In this document: positions 27,064 through 40,300 of the stretch, piece after piece
Layout: the number at the start of each line of letters is the position of its first letter
Numbering within the stretch: position 1 is the first letter of the stretch
NCBI RefSeq assembly: GCF_002113885.1
Contig: NW_018408535.1
Span: forward strand, 46,691 to 110,690
DNA: 64,000 bases
Reading direction: 5' to 3'
Origin: Mizuhopecten yessoensis
Lineage: Eukaryota
Made by a program: the position numbers and the translations under genes
The notes under the pieces: generated by a model
The model's input: only the letters and a program-made list of their open reading frames with translations
Database searches by the model: none
What the model was told of the DNA's origin: nothing

Positions 27064-28769
27064 GCCAGTGTGTTCCTTACTCGACTGCATATAGTGATTC
27101 AATCAAGATGACAGCAGGCTGTTATCGACATAAGATCTGGATGAAATGATCTACCAAAAACGTAAAACTGCAGTGCCAAAATCACGAGTCAAGGAAGATA
27201 ACTCAAACAAACCATAAAATGAGTTTCAGATGTCTTACTACATGTAAAAAAAGGAGGCAGAGCTTTGAATGTTTTATATAATCTTTTGTTAAATCGATGA
27301 TAAAAACTATGTTTCGGTGGTATATACCCGCCAGTATTTACACTAGTGTTGTATTATTGTATATGAAAATGTTGGACATAGAAAAAGAATCCATCGTGCA
27401 GTAACATGTGATCACACAAAGTCGTGCAGTAACATGTGATCAACACACAGTCGTGCAGTAACATGTGATCACACAAAGTCGCATTTACCATTTTACATCA
27501 AGAGTAACACTGGTATTCTAATTAATAGTAACCCTTTACTAGGACTGTAGACAATCCATTTCTGTTGCAATCGCCCCGTCCCCTTCAGTGACATTCCTCA
27601 GTGTTACGCATGCAATGCCTAGAGACTAACAATTGTAACGTTTTCACTATAAACACATGACACGGTGTCTACCATGGAGCATTTTTCAAAAAGGTTATGC
27701 TTCCTTTTTGGAATGATATTAGCGTATATTAAAGCATTTTTCAAATTAAATATCTTTCATTATTTAGACTTCATTTACAAATTTCCACAGGGAATTAAAA
27801 ATTACAAAAACAAGGAAGGAAATATTCTTGTTTTATTGATAGTGCAATGACGGTTACCGTTATCAGTGAACAAGCTAACCTAATTGCTTTAAGTGTTGTC
27901 GCATATCATAAATACGGTCGTAGCGTCAGTATTTGTATGTTTGTACCTAAACGTCATATACTTACCGTGAACCTGAAATAGCGAAACATAGAAACTAAGA
28001 TATGACAAAAAATCGCTGTTCTGCAAATGTGTTAAAGACAGAATCTATTATAGGCGTATACTAAAACGCCAATAGCTAAAAACCTGAACTAATAAAAAGT
28101 AGAAAAATAAATATGCAACAAAAATCGATATTGTTCTGAAAATGTGTAAGGACATAATCCATTTACGGCACTAGACTAAGTCGACGGGTGTACGCATTGT
28201 TATATGACAGTAGCATCTCCATTAAATCACCTAGGCGTGACGTGTGACGATATGGAACCAACCGACAATCAATAACGTTATATAGCAAGAGTCTTACCTT
28301 ACAAGTTGCTGGTTTACTTGAATTGTAATCGGGAAGAAAGTTGATATTCTATACATTTTATACATTGATGTCCTTGAAATAGAACCAGGTGCGAGAGATG
28401 ATTATTGCGTTTTGCTACTGTCTATGTGAACAAATTTGCCTTACGTGTTTTTTTTATACAACAACAGTATGTTAATTGTTCCTTCCTTCTCGTCATATCT
28501 TTGCTGACTGAAGAATCTATATATAGATTTTGTACATTTATTTCAATTCCGAAATCATTTGAGCTGAAATATTCATATTGAATTAAAGTTTAATGCTAAT
28601 CGATATTGCCTCTTGGAGAAAACATCCATGTGTCGCCCTAAATAAAGTCTTCTAGCACGTTTTTTGTTTCAAGACGAATATCAATTGTTCTGCACCATCC
28701 AAATGTGATAATAGTCGACTTAGCAACATCCCAACCAATAATTTTGCAGAACAGTATAGCGAGATCTTT

Positions 28770-29797
28770 ATATACAGGTTACAAGAATTGACAGAATGTT
28801 GGCATTTAGAAATATGTATTGAAAGATTTTATTGTACATGTTTACTTGAATTGACAAAAGGTTGACATTCAGTTATTTATATAGAAATGATTTATTTTAC
28901 ATGTTAACTTGAATTGACAAAAGGTTGACATTCAGTAAATTATATTGAAATATTTTATTGTACATGTTTACTTGAATTGACACAGGTTGGCAATCAGTAA
29001 ATTATATAGAAATATATTTTATACAGGTTTACTAGAATTGACAAAAGGTTGACATTCAGTAAATTGTATAGAAATATTTTATTGTACATGTTTACTTGAA
29101 TTGACAAAAGGTTGACATTCAGTAAATGATATAGAAATATTGTATTTTACATGTTTACTTGAATTTTAAAAAGGTTGACATTCAGTAATTTATATAGAAA
29201 TATTGTATTGTACATGTTAACTTGAATTGACAAAAGGTTGACATTCAGTAAATTACAAGAAATATTTTATTGTACATGTTTACTTGAATTGACAAAAGGT
29301 TGACATTCAGTAAATTATATAGAAATATTTTATTTTACATGTTTCCTTGAATTGACAAAAGGTTGACATTCAGTAAATTATATAGAAATAGTGTATTTTA
29401 CATGTTTACTTGGATTGACAAAAGGTTGACAATCAGTGACTTATATAGAAATATTGTATTTTACATGTTTAGTTGAATTGACAAAAGGTTGACATTCAGT
29501 AAATTATATAGAAATAATTTATTGTACATGTTTACTTGAATTGACAAAAGGTTGACATTCGGTAACTTATATAGAAATATTGTATTTTACATGTTTACTT
29601 GGATTGACAAAAGGTTGACAATCAGTAACTTATATAGAAATATTGTATTTTACATGTTTACTTGGATTGACAAAAGGTTGACATTCAGTAACTTATATAG
29701 AAATATTGTATTTCACATGTTTACTTGGATTGACAAAAGGTTGACATTCAGTTATTTATATAGAAATATTGTATTGTACATGTTTACTTGAATTGAC
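28770..29797. repeat. 63-bp minisatellite, ~16 copies
   Basis: TTGACAAAAGGTTGACATTCAGTAAATTATATAGAAATATTGTATTTTACATGTTTACTTGAA. Confidence 0.95.
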
Positions 29798-30977
29798 AGC
29801 AGGATAACCTTGTTCGGTACGAATCAGAACTGTTACAGTGTATATATTAAATGCGAGATCGTATTTTACAAATGTTTCGACATGGAAACAGATTTATATA
29901 AGGTTTCTATTTTCAAATCTGAGATATCGAACGTCAACACGAATAAATTGATAAACAAGACAATTTCTATAGATGTGTGACGTGTTTTGTGACTATATAT
30001 GTTCTAATAAATACATTTGCCGTAATAGACTAGTTATTGAAGGAATGCAAACTACATGTACATGAATCGAAGGTTATCGCAGAATACAAACGCTCTGTGT
30101 TGCTTTATGTCTATCGTTATGCAAGGATAATTCAGGCACGTGTGCTAACACGCGCGTGACACTTAAAATTCCTAATGTGTATTTATTAACATATATCATA
30201 TAGATAAGTGTGTATTACCATTTAATATTCATGACAATGTTCATGTCAATATGCGGAAGCAGATAAACAAGTCGAATGACACGCTAAAAGGTTCCCAATA
30301 CGGCATTCTATCTTGCTATCTTGTATGACATTTTATGTATTTCATTCATTTAATGTTTGGATCAATATTTATTTACCTGATTAAACTTTATATTGGTGAT
30401 CTATTATAAAATTTGTGCCGAGAAAACAAATAACGTGCAAAATTTAATGTAAAATTATCTGTATTTCATACTAAACATAGGTATATAGAGTTACTGTGTT
30501 CAGCAGGTAAACACAAAAGTATTCACATATCTGTACCTAATTACATTTACCTGTATCAATTACTGTTACACAGGTATGAAATCGAACAATACTGATAGAA
30601 TGTAACAGTGTATTTAATTGAATTATAATGAACAAATTGAAACAAGTGTTAACAATAACATAACGCTGAAACCTATTTACAAAGAAATAAGAAAAGACAT
30701 CAAACAATAGAATGTAAGTGTTGAGATAGTACTAAATGATGTAAAATAAGTCATCCTCCATACACTAGATAATAGTACAACCTCCAAGTATGAATATGTT
30801 TCTATAGCTATTGCATTGGCTTAAAAAATATGTTTAAGCTCTTAACGTAAAAAATGACGTCGCCGTTTGTAACGTCGCTTTTGATTGGCTGATACAGTGG
30901 CGAAATAATTTCGAAGAGAAAAGAGTCCATCAAGAAAAGCGGATTTCCACAGGGATTGTGTTTGGTAGATTAAATTA

Positions 30978-31116
30978 TAAGGATTGACTTGAATATATTT
31001 TTCATGCTATGGAGCTATAACACAAAAAACGGAGTGTACTCTCATCATAAACCGCTTCGTGTTTATTTTTGTGTTATATCCCCATAACATGAAAAATATA
31101 TTCAAGTTAATCCTTA
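30978..31116. repeat. Inverted repeat/hairpin (~51-bp arms, 4 mismatches) just after the gene C stop codon
   Basis: 30978-31028 is the reverse complement of 31066-31116. Confidence 0.85.
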
Positions 31117-31124
31117 AATAACGC

Positions 31125-33022
31125 CTAAAACTGGCCTTTCCATTTAGGAGGTACCCATTTATGTTTTTTCTTCTTGGTCTTTTGAGTACCAGACTCATCG
31201 CCTGCATTTTGAATGCCGTTATGATTGGCGTCTGATTCCGACTTAGGTCTCTTTGAATCGTTTGTCAGTGTATTGCCAACATGATTGTCATACTGACTGA
31301 GTATCCGTGGTTTCTTTCGTGGATTATTGCTTCCATGTGGCTTGGTATCGCCATTTGTGTTCGGTTTTACAGGAGGCTTCCCACCACTAAGAGTATCTTT
31401 GTCGCTAGGGCTCGACACTGGCGTCCTGACTTGTTCCTCACCTACATATGGATGTTCAGCTCTATTTGATGGTGACTCTACTGGTGTTTCGTTTCTATTA
31501 ATGCCCGATTTTCCTGATGGTTTTGCATCATTACGAATATTGCTCTTGTAAGTCTTCCTTGGCTTTGCTTGATGCGCATTTGGGGTTTCATATTCATCTT
31601 GATGATTTTGAAGTTTTCTCTCGTCGTAAATCCCCTCATCATCAATGTTATTGTAATTGTCATCTGCAGCATTTCCAGACGTTCTGTCATCATTGTTGTC
31701 ATAGGTTGAATCATTGTCGTAATCTGGAGGTTGAAACTCAGATGAGTCATCACTACTGGACGGATGTGTTCCAAACATAACGTGTTTCCTTTGTTGTGCC
31801 TTGTCAATACTGTTCTTAGGTTTGTCTCTGTCACCAACTTGATCGTCGAGAGATGTTTTTGATTGGACTGGTGCATTAGAACGGTAGACCCGTGCATTAG
31901 GTTTAATGGCACTTGCTGGTTGTCCATGGTTTTGTTTGCGGGGAACAACATTGTTTATTTCGCGTTTTGCTAGACATTTGTCACACAACTTTATGTCACC
32001 AAGTTGGCAATCACATAAGTAATTCCCGTTTCGTCCGTTCAGTTGTTCATTTCGGTTGTGTTCCGTTGACTTGCTTTGTATGCTATGTTTACAACGACAA
32101 CAAAAGACAGAGAAGGGACAAGGTGCGTGTGGACCATGATGTACACTGAATGCGCTGGCTGGAACATTTCGACCACAAGGTATTATGGTAGATCTGTGGT
32201 GATTCCATTTCCGGTTCCGTTCTCCATTTTCATGCTGCGGTGTCATACAAGTTGATCTATTAGTACATATTGGTTGATATTTGTTATAGTTTATTCCGGT
32301 CGTAACACTGTGTGCGTTTTCAGACTTTTTACTCTGCATTTGATCTACTTTGGGCTGTTGTATTGGTTCCTGATGTAACCAGGAGGCCGATGTCGCTACA
32401 TCTCTGTGCTGTAGTGGGGTGATCGATGTTGATCTGTCAATACCAGTGAGGCGTTTGTACGAATCCCGTCCACGCGTAACACATACTGTTTCATGTAATT
32501 CCCTTCCCAACGTTGTTTGACATTGTCTATCCTTGTTTACATGACAACATTTACAACATGTAAACAAACAGCAAAACCTACAGCATTTACAATACTTGCA
32601 TTCTTTTTCATCAAGGAGTGGTTTGACCGGGGTTGACGTTTGCCGCGAGATTTGAGTTGTTGTTCTGATGTATTCCGTATGTTTCTCGTTGGCTGGTTCT
32701 ACTCTAGACGAGCGTCTCAACGAAAACTGTGAACTGTTTCTTGACAATTTCGTATTTTCCCTAGTCCATGCCGGTGTCGGTTCTCGTTCAATCACAACAG
32801 AGGAAGATGTCGTTGGATCTCGCCCCATCACTGATATGTCGTTATGCTTATCACTATGGCTGCGTGTCTGGCAACAATTGTAACATGAATACACGACAAG
32901 AAGTAAAACGGCAGCAATCAGTACGAAGACGGCAGCGACCAATGCCAGACCGAAAGACACATACAGTTGTTCCATTGGAGAATTCAGTCCATAAATGATG
33001 ATACCAACGATGATGAGTGTCG
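31125..33022 (-). CDS. Gene C exon 3 (end of TM3, TM4, ~580-aa cytoplasmic tail with Cys-rich modules)
   Basis: ttttttgtAG acceptor, phase 1, in frame with the 637-aa ORF; homologous to gene A exon 3. Confidence 0.92.
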
Positions 33023-33376
33023 CTACAAAAAAAACCACAACAATTTATCTTATGTTGGTGAAATTAAAACGAATTTAATTAAGAAATGTGAATTTTGATA
33101 ACTACGTGGCTTTTAGATATACCATCATAACACACATGACGGAATATTTTTATCAATTTTGGAACAATTGTTTCCTTTTCTTTCAGTAGATAACATTAAA
33201 CATATGTTACTGTAAAATAGCAGATGTAAATATAATTTATATTGTTTCGATAGGAAACTGAATGCCTTGTTTGTCACCAAACTTGTTTTCTTTATATGCG
33301 AAACTCTTATAGTCATGAGTAGTACTACACCAGATTGGCTAACCATGAGTAGTGTATTCATCATAAGCATTACTTT

Positions 33377-34806
33377 GGTAAATACATCAGCTGTGAGTAA
33401 TAGTAGGACAGATTTCACTACTTACCAGCCATAAGTAGTGATATGGTAAATACATCAGCTGTGAGTAATAGTAGAACAGATTTCACTACTTACCAGCCAT
33501 AAGTAGTGATATGGTAAATACATCAGCTGTGAGTAATAGTAGAACAGATTTCACTACTTACCAGCCATAAGTAGTGATATGGTAAATACATCAGCTGTGA
33601 GTAATAGTAGAACAGATTTCACTACTTACCGGCCACACAAGTAGTGATATGGTAAATACATCAGCTGTGGGGAATAGTAGGACAGATTTCACTACTTACC
33701 GGCCATAAGTAGTGATATGGTAAATGCATCAGCTGTGTGTGATAGTAGGATATATTTCACTACTTACCAGCCATAAGTAGTGATACGGTAAATACATCAG
33801 CTGTGTGTGATAGTAGGACATATTTCACTACTTACCGGCCATAAGTAGTGATATGGTAAATACATCAGCTGTGTTCAATAGTAGAACAGATTTCAGTACT
33901 TATCGGCCATAGGAAGTGATATCGTAAATATATCAACTGTGTGTGATAGTAGAACAGATTTCACTACTTACCGGCCATAAGTAGTGATACGGTACATACA
34001 TCAGCTGTGAGTAATAGTAGGACGGATTTCACTACTTACCGGCCATAAGTAGTGATATGGTAAATACATCAGCTGTGTGTAATAGTAGGACAGATTTCAC
34101 TGCTTACCGGCCATAAGTAGTGATATGGTACATACATCAGCTGTGAGTAATAGTAGGACAGATTTCACTACTTACCGGCCATAAGTAGTGATATGGTAAA
34201 TACATCAGCTGTGAGTAATAGTAGGACAGATTTCACTACTTACCGGCCATAAGTAGTGATATGGTAAATACATCAGCTGTGAGTAATAGTAGGACAGATT
34301 TCACTACTTACCGGCCATAAGTAGTGATATGGTAAATACATCAGCTGTGAGTAATAGTAGGACAGATTTCACTACTTACCGGCCATAAGTAGTGATATGG
34401 TAAATACATCAGCTGTGAGTAATAGTAGGACAGATTTCACTACTTACCGGCCATAAGTAGTGATATGGTAAATACATCAGCTGTGAGTAATAGTAGGACA
34501 GATTTCACTACTTACCGGCCATAAGTAGTGATATGGTAAATACATCAGCTGTGAGTAATAGTAGGACAGATTTCACTACTTACCGGCCATAAGTAGTGAT
34601 ATGGTAAATACATCAGCTGTGAGTAATAGTAGGACAGATTTCACTACTTACCGGCCATAAGTAGTGATATGGTAAATACATCAGCTGTGTGTAATAGTAG
34701 AACAGATTTCACTACTTACCGGCCATAAGTAGTGATATGGTAAATACATCAGCTGTGTGTAATAGTTGAACAGATTTCACTACTTACCGGCCATAAGTAG
34801 TGATAT
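33377..34806. repeat. 68-bp tandem array (~21 units) built from the gene C exon-2 end plus splice donor
   Basis: Minus-strand unit tcctactattactcacAG CTGATGTATTTACCATATCACTACTTATGGCCG GTAAGTagtgaaatctg; its last 19 exon-like nt equal the exon-2 3' end. Confidence 0.95.
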
Positions 34807-34931
34807 AACTATGACGGCGTGGAGTATTTCCTTCCAGGAGACGTCCATGAGATACACAACCATTCCCACTAGTGCCAGGAATAAAAGGAACAAGGCCATC
34901 ATTTCCAGTGTCCGTACGATATCCAGCCAGA
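34788..34931 (-). CDS. Gene C exon 2, 144 nt
   Basis: gtttcAG acceptor, G|GTAAGT donor; VWLDIVRTLEMMALFLLFLALVG... Confidence 0.92.
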
Positions 34932-35129
34932 CTGAAACACAATACGAGTAAAGATTAACCATATAATCCAGAACTTGTTTCCATTCACACAATTTCCTTC
35001 AGTCTGTGATCGTTTAGATTCGGTTCGTGATGTGTTATTGAGATCATTTCACGAGAAACATAACAATTGCTTTATATGTAAATATTTTCAACGCTAGTTG
35101 TAAATGGGTTGATGACAAACCCGCCCTGC

Positions 35130-35340
35130 GTGTCACTAATAAGATCAGGTTAGAATGGTTAAGCCCGGTTTACAACTCTTAGTGTCACTTATAAGATCAT
35201 GTTAGAATGGTTCAGCTCGATTTACAACTCTCAGTGTCACTTATAAGATCATGTTAGAATGGTTCAGCTCGGTTTACAACTCTTAGTGTCACTTATAAGA
35301 TCAGGTTAGAATGATTCAGCTCGGTTTACAACTCTCAGTG
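35130..35340. repeat. 52-bp tandem repeat, 4 copies
   Basis: GTGTCACTTATAAGATCAKGTTAGAATGGTTCAGCTCGGTTTACAACTCTYA. Confidence 0.9.
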
Positions 35341-36708
35341 CCTTAATCTTTTAATAAGCATAAAAAATAGACAAATACCGCCATTTCTAACATTGTATCA
35401 TTTTCCGTTTTTTGATTTACAACGATTTTGATACAAGGATTTAACACTTATTTAGAAGAGTTTTAAATACGTTAACATATTTTATTCCAGCAAAAAAAAA
35501 AAGCAAAAACAATTCAGATATGAATCCAACTACCAAAGTGATAAAAAAATGATCTTTCTCAAGAGAATTTAAACATATATATGTTGTTGTTACTTTCAAT
35601 TTAAAATAATCGCAAGAAATTAGTTCATTTATTGAGACATATATTGATTGTATTCTTCATATCATATTTTACAGATAGGTTGTTCTTTTAGATTTTCTTT
35701 ATTATTTTTATCCCTTTTGTTAGAGTAATTGGTATACCTTGTTATAAACAGGTAGTATTTTCTTCTTGGTCATAAACATTTAATTTTGTGTTATAATCAG
35801 GTAATACTTTGTCATCAAACATGCAAGATATTGCCATAAATAAGAGATACCTTTCCATAAATAATAACCACTCTGCCATGACCAATTAGTCACTATGACA
35901 CTAGTAGATAACCCTACGTTATTAAGAGATGATATTTTGTTCATATGCAGATTAATTACCAGTAACAGATTACACGCATGCTGATTTAGTTCATACATTG
36001 TCATTAACAGTTAATACACATGCACGTGTAATTGACAGATAAAGTATCATACACAGTGACTAACAGATACTTTAGTATAACCTCTCTACTCCGGATCCCA
36101 GTCTGTATAGGTTTTGATATTTAGTCCTGACATTTGTTTTCTCATACTTTAGGCATAGGACCAGACGTCGACATACGAAAAACAATTATCAGTATATAGG
36201 GAATATGTCCTCCGTTTTAAACCGTATTCAGATAGTGAAATACTTTATAAAGCTTGCCCTAAATTTGTTCGCGATTACTGGCATATCTTCTACTAACTAT
36301 TTAGTTTTGATGTTTGACCATTTGTAGCTGCATATACGAAGTGGGTGTATGATAGACGCTATTGGCTATTTCAAGATTGGTTCTTATTTATGCATTAAAA
36401 TCAAAGGAAACTGGTATTACCAAATTGATTTTGCAGTCCTAGTTGTAGGAATATCGATTTTAATGTCATGAATTCTAGATTAAATTGACAAAATAGTCGA
36501 GAACGTAAACACGGTAAGTAGTTCACAGTATGTTTGATTTTGTTGAAGTGCATTAACGCTGTGATATATATTTTGTGTTGGAAAATCTGTTGAAACTCAG
36601 TAAATGTAACATCGTTCCTGAATATCAGACATGATTATCCGACATAAAATTACAAAATAGAAATAATGATATTTGTTATCTTTTAAAGATCTTTACAAGT
36701 AGTAGTAC

Positions 36709-36904
36709 CTTCTGGTGTGGAGTGACTCCAACATTCTGACCAGCCGCTGTATGTAAGACATGTCGACCACAGTCCCTGTGTGACGTCACCTGTGGGGACA
36801 GTGGTTATCTGCCAGAATGGTAGTGCTACAGCTAGGATGTGGACAGAGATGGCAGCCAACGTCACACTTAGGGCGGCTATCACACAACATCTTCTGGGCT
36901 TCAT
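36709..36904 (-). CDS. Gene C exon 1: claudin/PMP22-like protein; join(36904-36709,34931-34788,33022-31125) = 745 aa (alternative donor at 36697 adds 4 aa)
   Basis: MKPRRCCVIAALSVTLAAISVHILAVALPFW...QGLWSTCLTYSGWSECW; two phase-1 GT donors 12 nt apart. Confidence 0.88.
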
Positions 36905-37349
36905 GTTAACACGCTACTGTCTTATAACCATTAGTCTGGCCTATTAACTAGGATCCAGGCTACACCAATGTTTGGTAATAAATGTCATCAGAATTGTTGT
37001 TTCATTAATACATATTTTATCTAATACATACAAAAGTTAACGTAATACATGTGGTGTGTGCTTTACTGCAAATAAAGAGCTGTGTTATTCAGAAGAAGCT
37101 TCTGTTCAATACATGTTCCCCCAAAGAATGCTGTTCTGAAACTACTACATTGTAGCTGTTAAAACACAAGTAAGATACGCGTCATTGCTATAACACCGCA
37201 TTATTCATACCCTGTGAGAAATTAAGCGGCAAAACCGGTCCCATCTTCTATAAATAATTCAGCTTGGTGATTAGGGTACAATGTTAACTGGAAAGAAAGT
37301 TGCATAAAGCTCATTAGTCCCAGCCTAATTATCCGGAATTACTACTTAC

Positions 37350-40300
37350 CAATACCATGGTGACCAATGTCCAAATACCTTGGTGATCATTGTATGGTGA
37401 ACAGTCTCTGAATACTATTGTGAACGTGGTGATCATTTTACGAAATTACCTTGATGGTCAGTGTTCGAATACTATAGTGACAATTGTCCGATAGTAATGG
37501 TTATTATTGTCCGAATACCTTGGTGATCATTGTCCAAATACCTTGGTGATCATTGCCCGAATACCTTGGTGATCATTGTCCAAATACCTTGGTGATCATT
37601 GTTCAAATACCTTGGTGATCATTGTCCCAATATCTTGGTGATCAGTGATCTTATACCTTGGTGATCATCGGCCGAATACAATGGTGATTATTTCCGAAAA
37701 CCGTGGTGATCATTGTCCAAATACCTTGGTGATCATTGTTCCAATATCTTGGTGATCAGTGACCTTATACCTTGGTGATCATTGTCCGAATACCTTTGTG
37801 ATCATTTCTTGGTGATCATTGTTCGAATACCTTGGGGATCATTGTCCGAATACCTTGGTGATCATTTCCGAATACCTTGGTGATCATTGTCCAAATACAT
37901 TGGTGATCATTTCCGAATACCTTGGTGATCATTGCCCCAATACCTTGTTGATCATTGTCCGAATACCTTGGTGATAATTGCCCCAATAACCTTGGTGATC
38001 ATTATCCAAATACCTTGGTGGTCATTTCCGAATACTTTGGTGATCACTGTCCAAATACCTTGGTGATCATTGTCCCAATATCTTGGTGATCAGTGACCTT
38101 ATACCTTCGTGATAATCGGCGAATACAATGGTGATTATTTCCGAAAACCTTGGTGCTCATTGTCCAAATCCCTTGGTGATCATTGTTCCAATATCTTGGT
38201 GATCAGTGACCTTATACCTTCGTGATAATCGGCGAATACAATGGTGATTATTTCCGAAAACCTTGGTGATCATTGTCCAAATACCTTGGTGATCATTGTT
38301 CCAATATCTTGGTGATCAGTGACCTTATACCTTGGTGATCATCGGCGAATACAATGGTGATTGTTTCCGAATACCTTGGTAATCATTGCCCCAATACCTT
38401 GGTTATCATTGTCCGAATACCTTGGTGATAATTGTCCGAATACCTTGGTGATCATTGTCCAAATACATTGGTGATCATTGCCCCAATACCTTGGTGATCA
38501 TTTCCGAATACCTTAGTGATCATTTCCGAATACCTTGGTGATCATTGCCCCAATACCTTGGTAATCATTGTCAAAATACCTTGGTGGTCATTTCCGAATA
38601 CTTTGGTGATCATTGTCCGAATACCTTGATAACCATTGTCCGAATACCTTGGTGATCATTCCCCCAATACCTTGGTGATCATTGTCCGAATACCTTGGTG
38701 ATCATTTCCGAATACCTTGGTAATCATTGCCCCAATATCTTGGTGATCATTGTCCGAATACATTGGTGATCATTGTCCGAATACCTTGGTGATGAGTGTC
38801 CAAATAAATTGGTGATCACTGTCCGAATATCTTGGTTATCATTGTCCGAATACCTTGGTGATCATTGTCCGAATATCTTGGTTATCATAGTCCAACGACC
38901 TTTGTGATCATTTCCGAATACCTTGGTAATCATTGTCCGAATACCTTGGTGATCGTTGTCCGAATACCTTGGTGATGAGTGTCCAAATACCTTGATGATG
39001 AGTGTCCGAATACCTTGGTGATGAGTGTCCGAATACCTTGGTGATGAGTGTCCAAATACCTTGGTGATGAGTGTCCAAATAAATTGGTGATCACTGTCCG
39101 AATATCTTGGTTATCATTGTCCGAATACCTTGGTGATCATTGTCCTAATACCTTGGTGATCATTGTCCGAATACCTTGGTGATCATTTCCGAATACCTTG
39201 GTAATCATTGTCCGAATACCTTGGTGATCATTGTCCGAATACCTTGGTGATCATTGCCCGAATACCTTGGTGATCGTTTCCGAATACCTTGGTAATCATT
39301 GCCCCAATATCTTGGTGATCATTGTCCGAATACCTTGGTGGTCACTTCCGAATACATTGGTGATCATTGTCCGAATACCTTGGTGATGAGTGTCCAAATA
39401 CCTTGGTGATCATTGTCCGAATACCTTGGGGATCATTGTCCGAATACCTTGGTGATGGGTGTCCAAATACCTTGGTGATGAGTGTCCAAATACCTTGGTG
39501 ATCACTGTCCGAATATCTTGGTTATCATTATCCAACTACCTTGGTGATCATTGTCCGAATACCTTGGTAAACTCCGAATACCTTGGTGATGAGTGTCCCA
39601 ATACCTTGGTGATGAGTGTCCGAATACCTTGGTGATGAGTGTCCAAATACCTTGGTGATCACTGTCCGAATATCTTGGTTATCATTGTCCAACTACCTTG
39701 GTGATCATTGTCCGAATACCTTGGTGATCATTGTTCGAATACCTTGGTGATCATTGTCAAAATACTTTGGTAATCATTTCCGAATACCTTGGTAATCATT
39801 GTCCGAATACCTTGATGATCGTTGTCCGAATACCTTGGTGATGAGTGTCCAAATACCGTGGTGATGAGTGTCCAAATACCATGAAGATCATTGTCCGAAT
39901 ATTTTGGTTATCATAGTCCAAAGACCTTGGTGATCATTTCCGAATACCTTGGTAATCATTGTCCGAATACTTTGGTGATCATTGTCCAAATATCTTGGTG
40001 ATCATTGTCCGAATACCTTGGTGATCATTGTCCGAATACCTTGGTGATCATTGTCCGAATACCTTGGTAAACATTGCCCCAATACCTTGGTAATCATTTT
40101 CCGAATACCTTGGTGATCATTGTCAAAATACTTTGGTAATCATTTCCGAATACCTTGGTAATAATTGTCCGAATACCTTGGTGATCGTTGTCCAAATACC
40201 TTGGTGATGAGTGTCCGAATACCTTGGTGATGAGTGTCCGAATACCTTGGTGATGAGTGTCCAAATACATTGGTGATCATTGTCCGAATATCTTGGTTAT

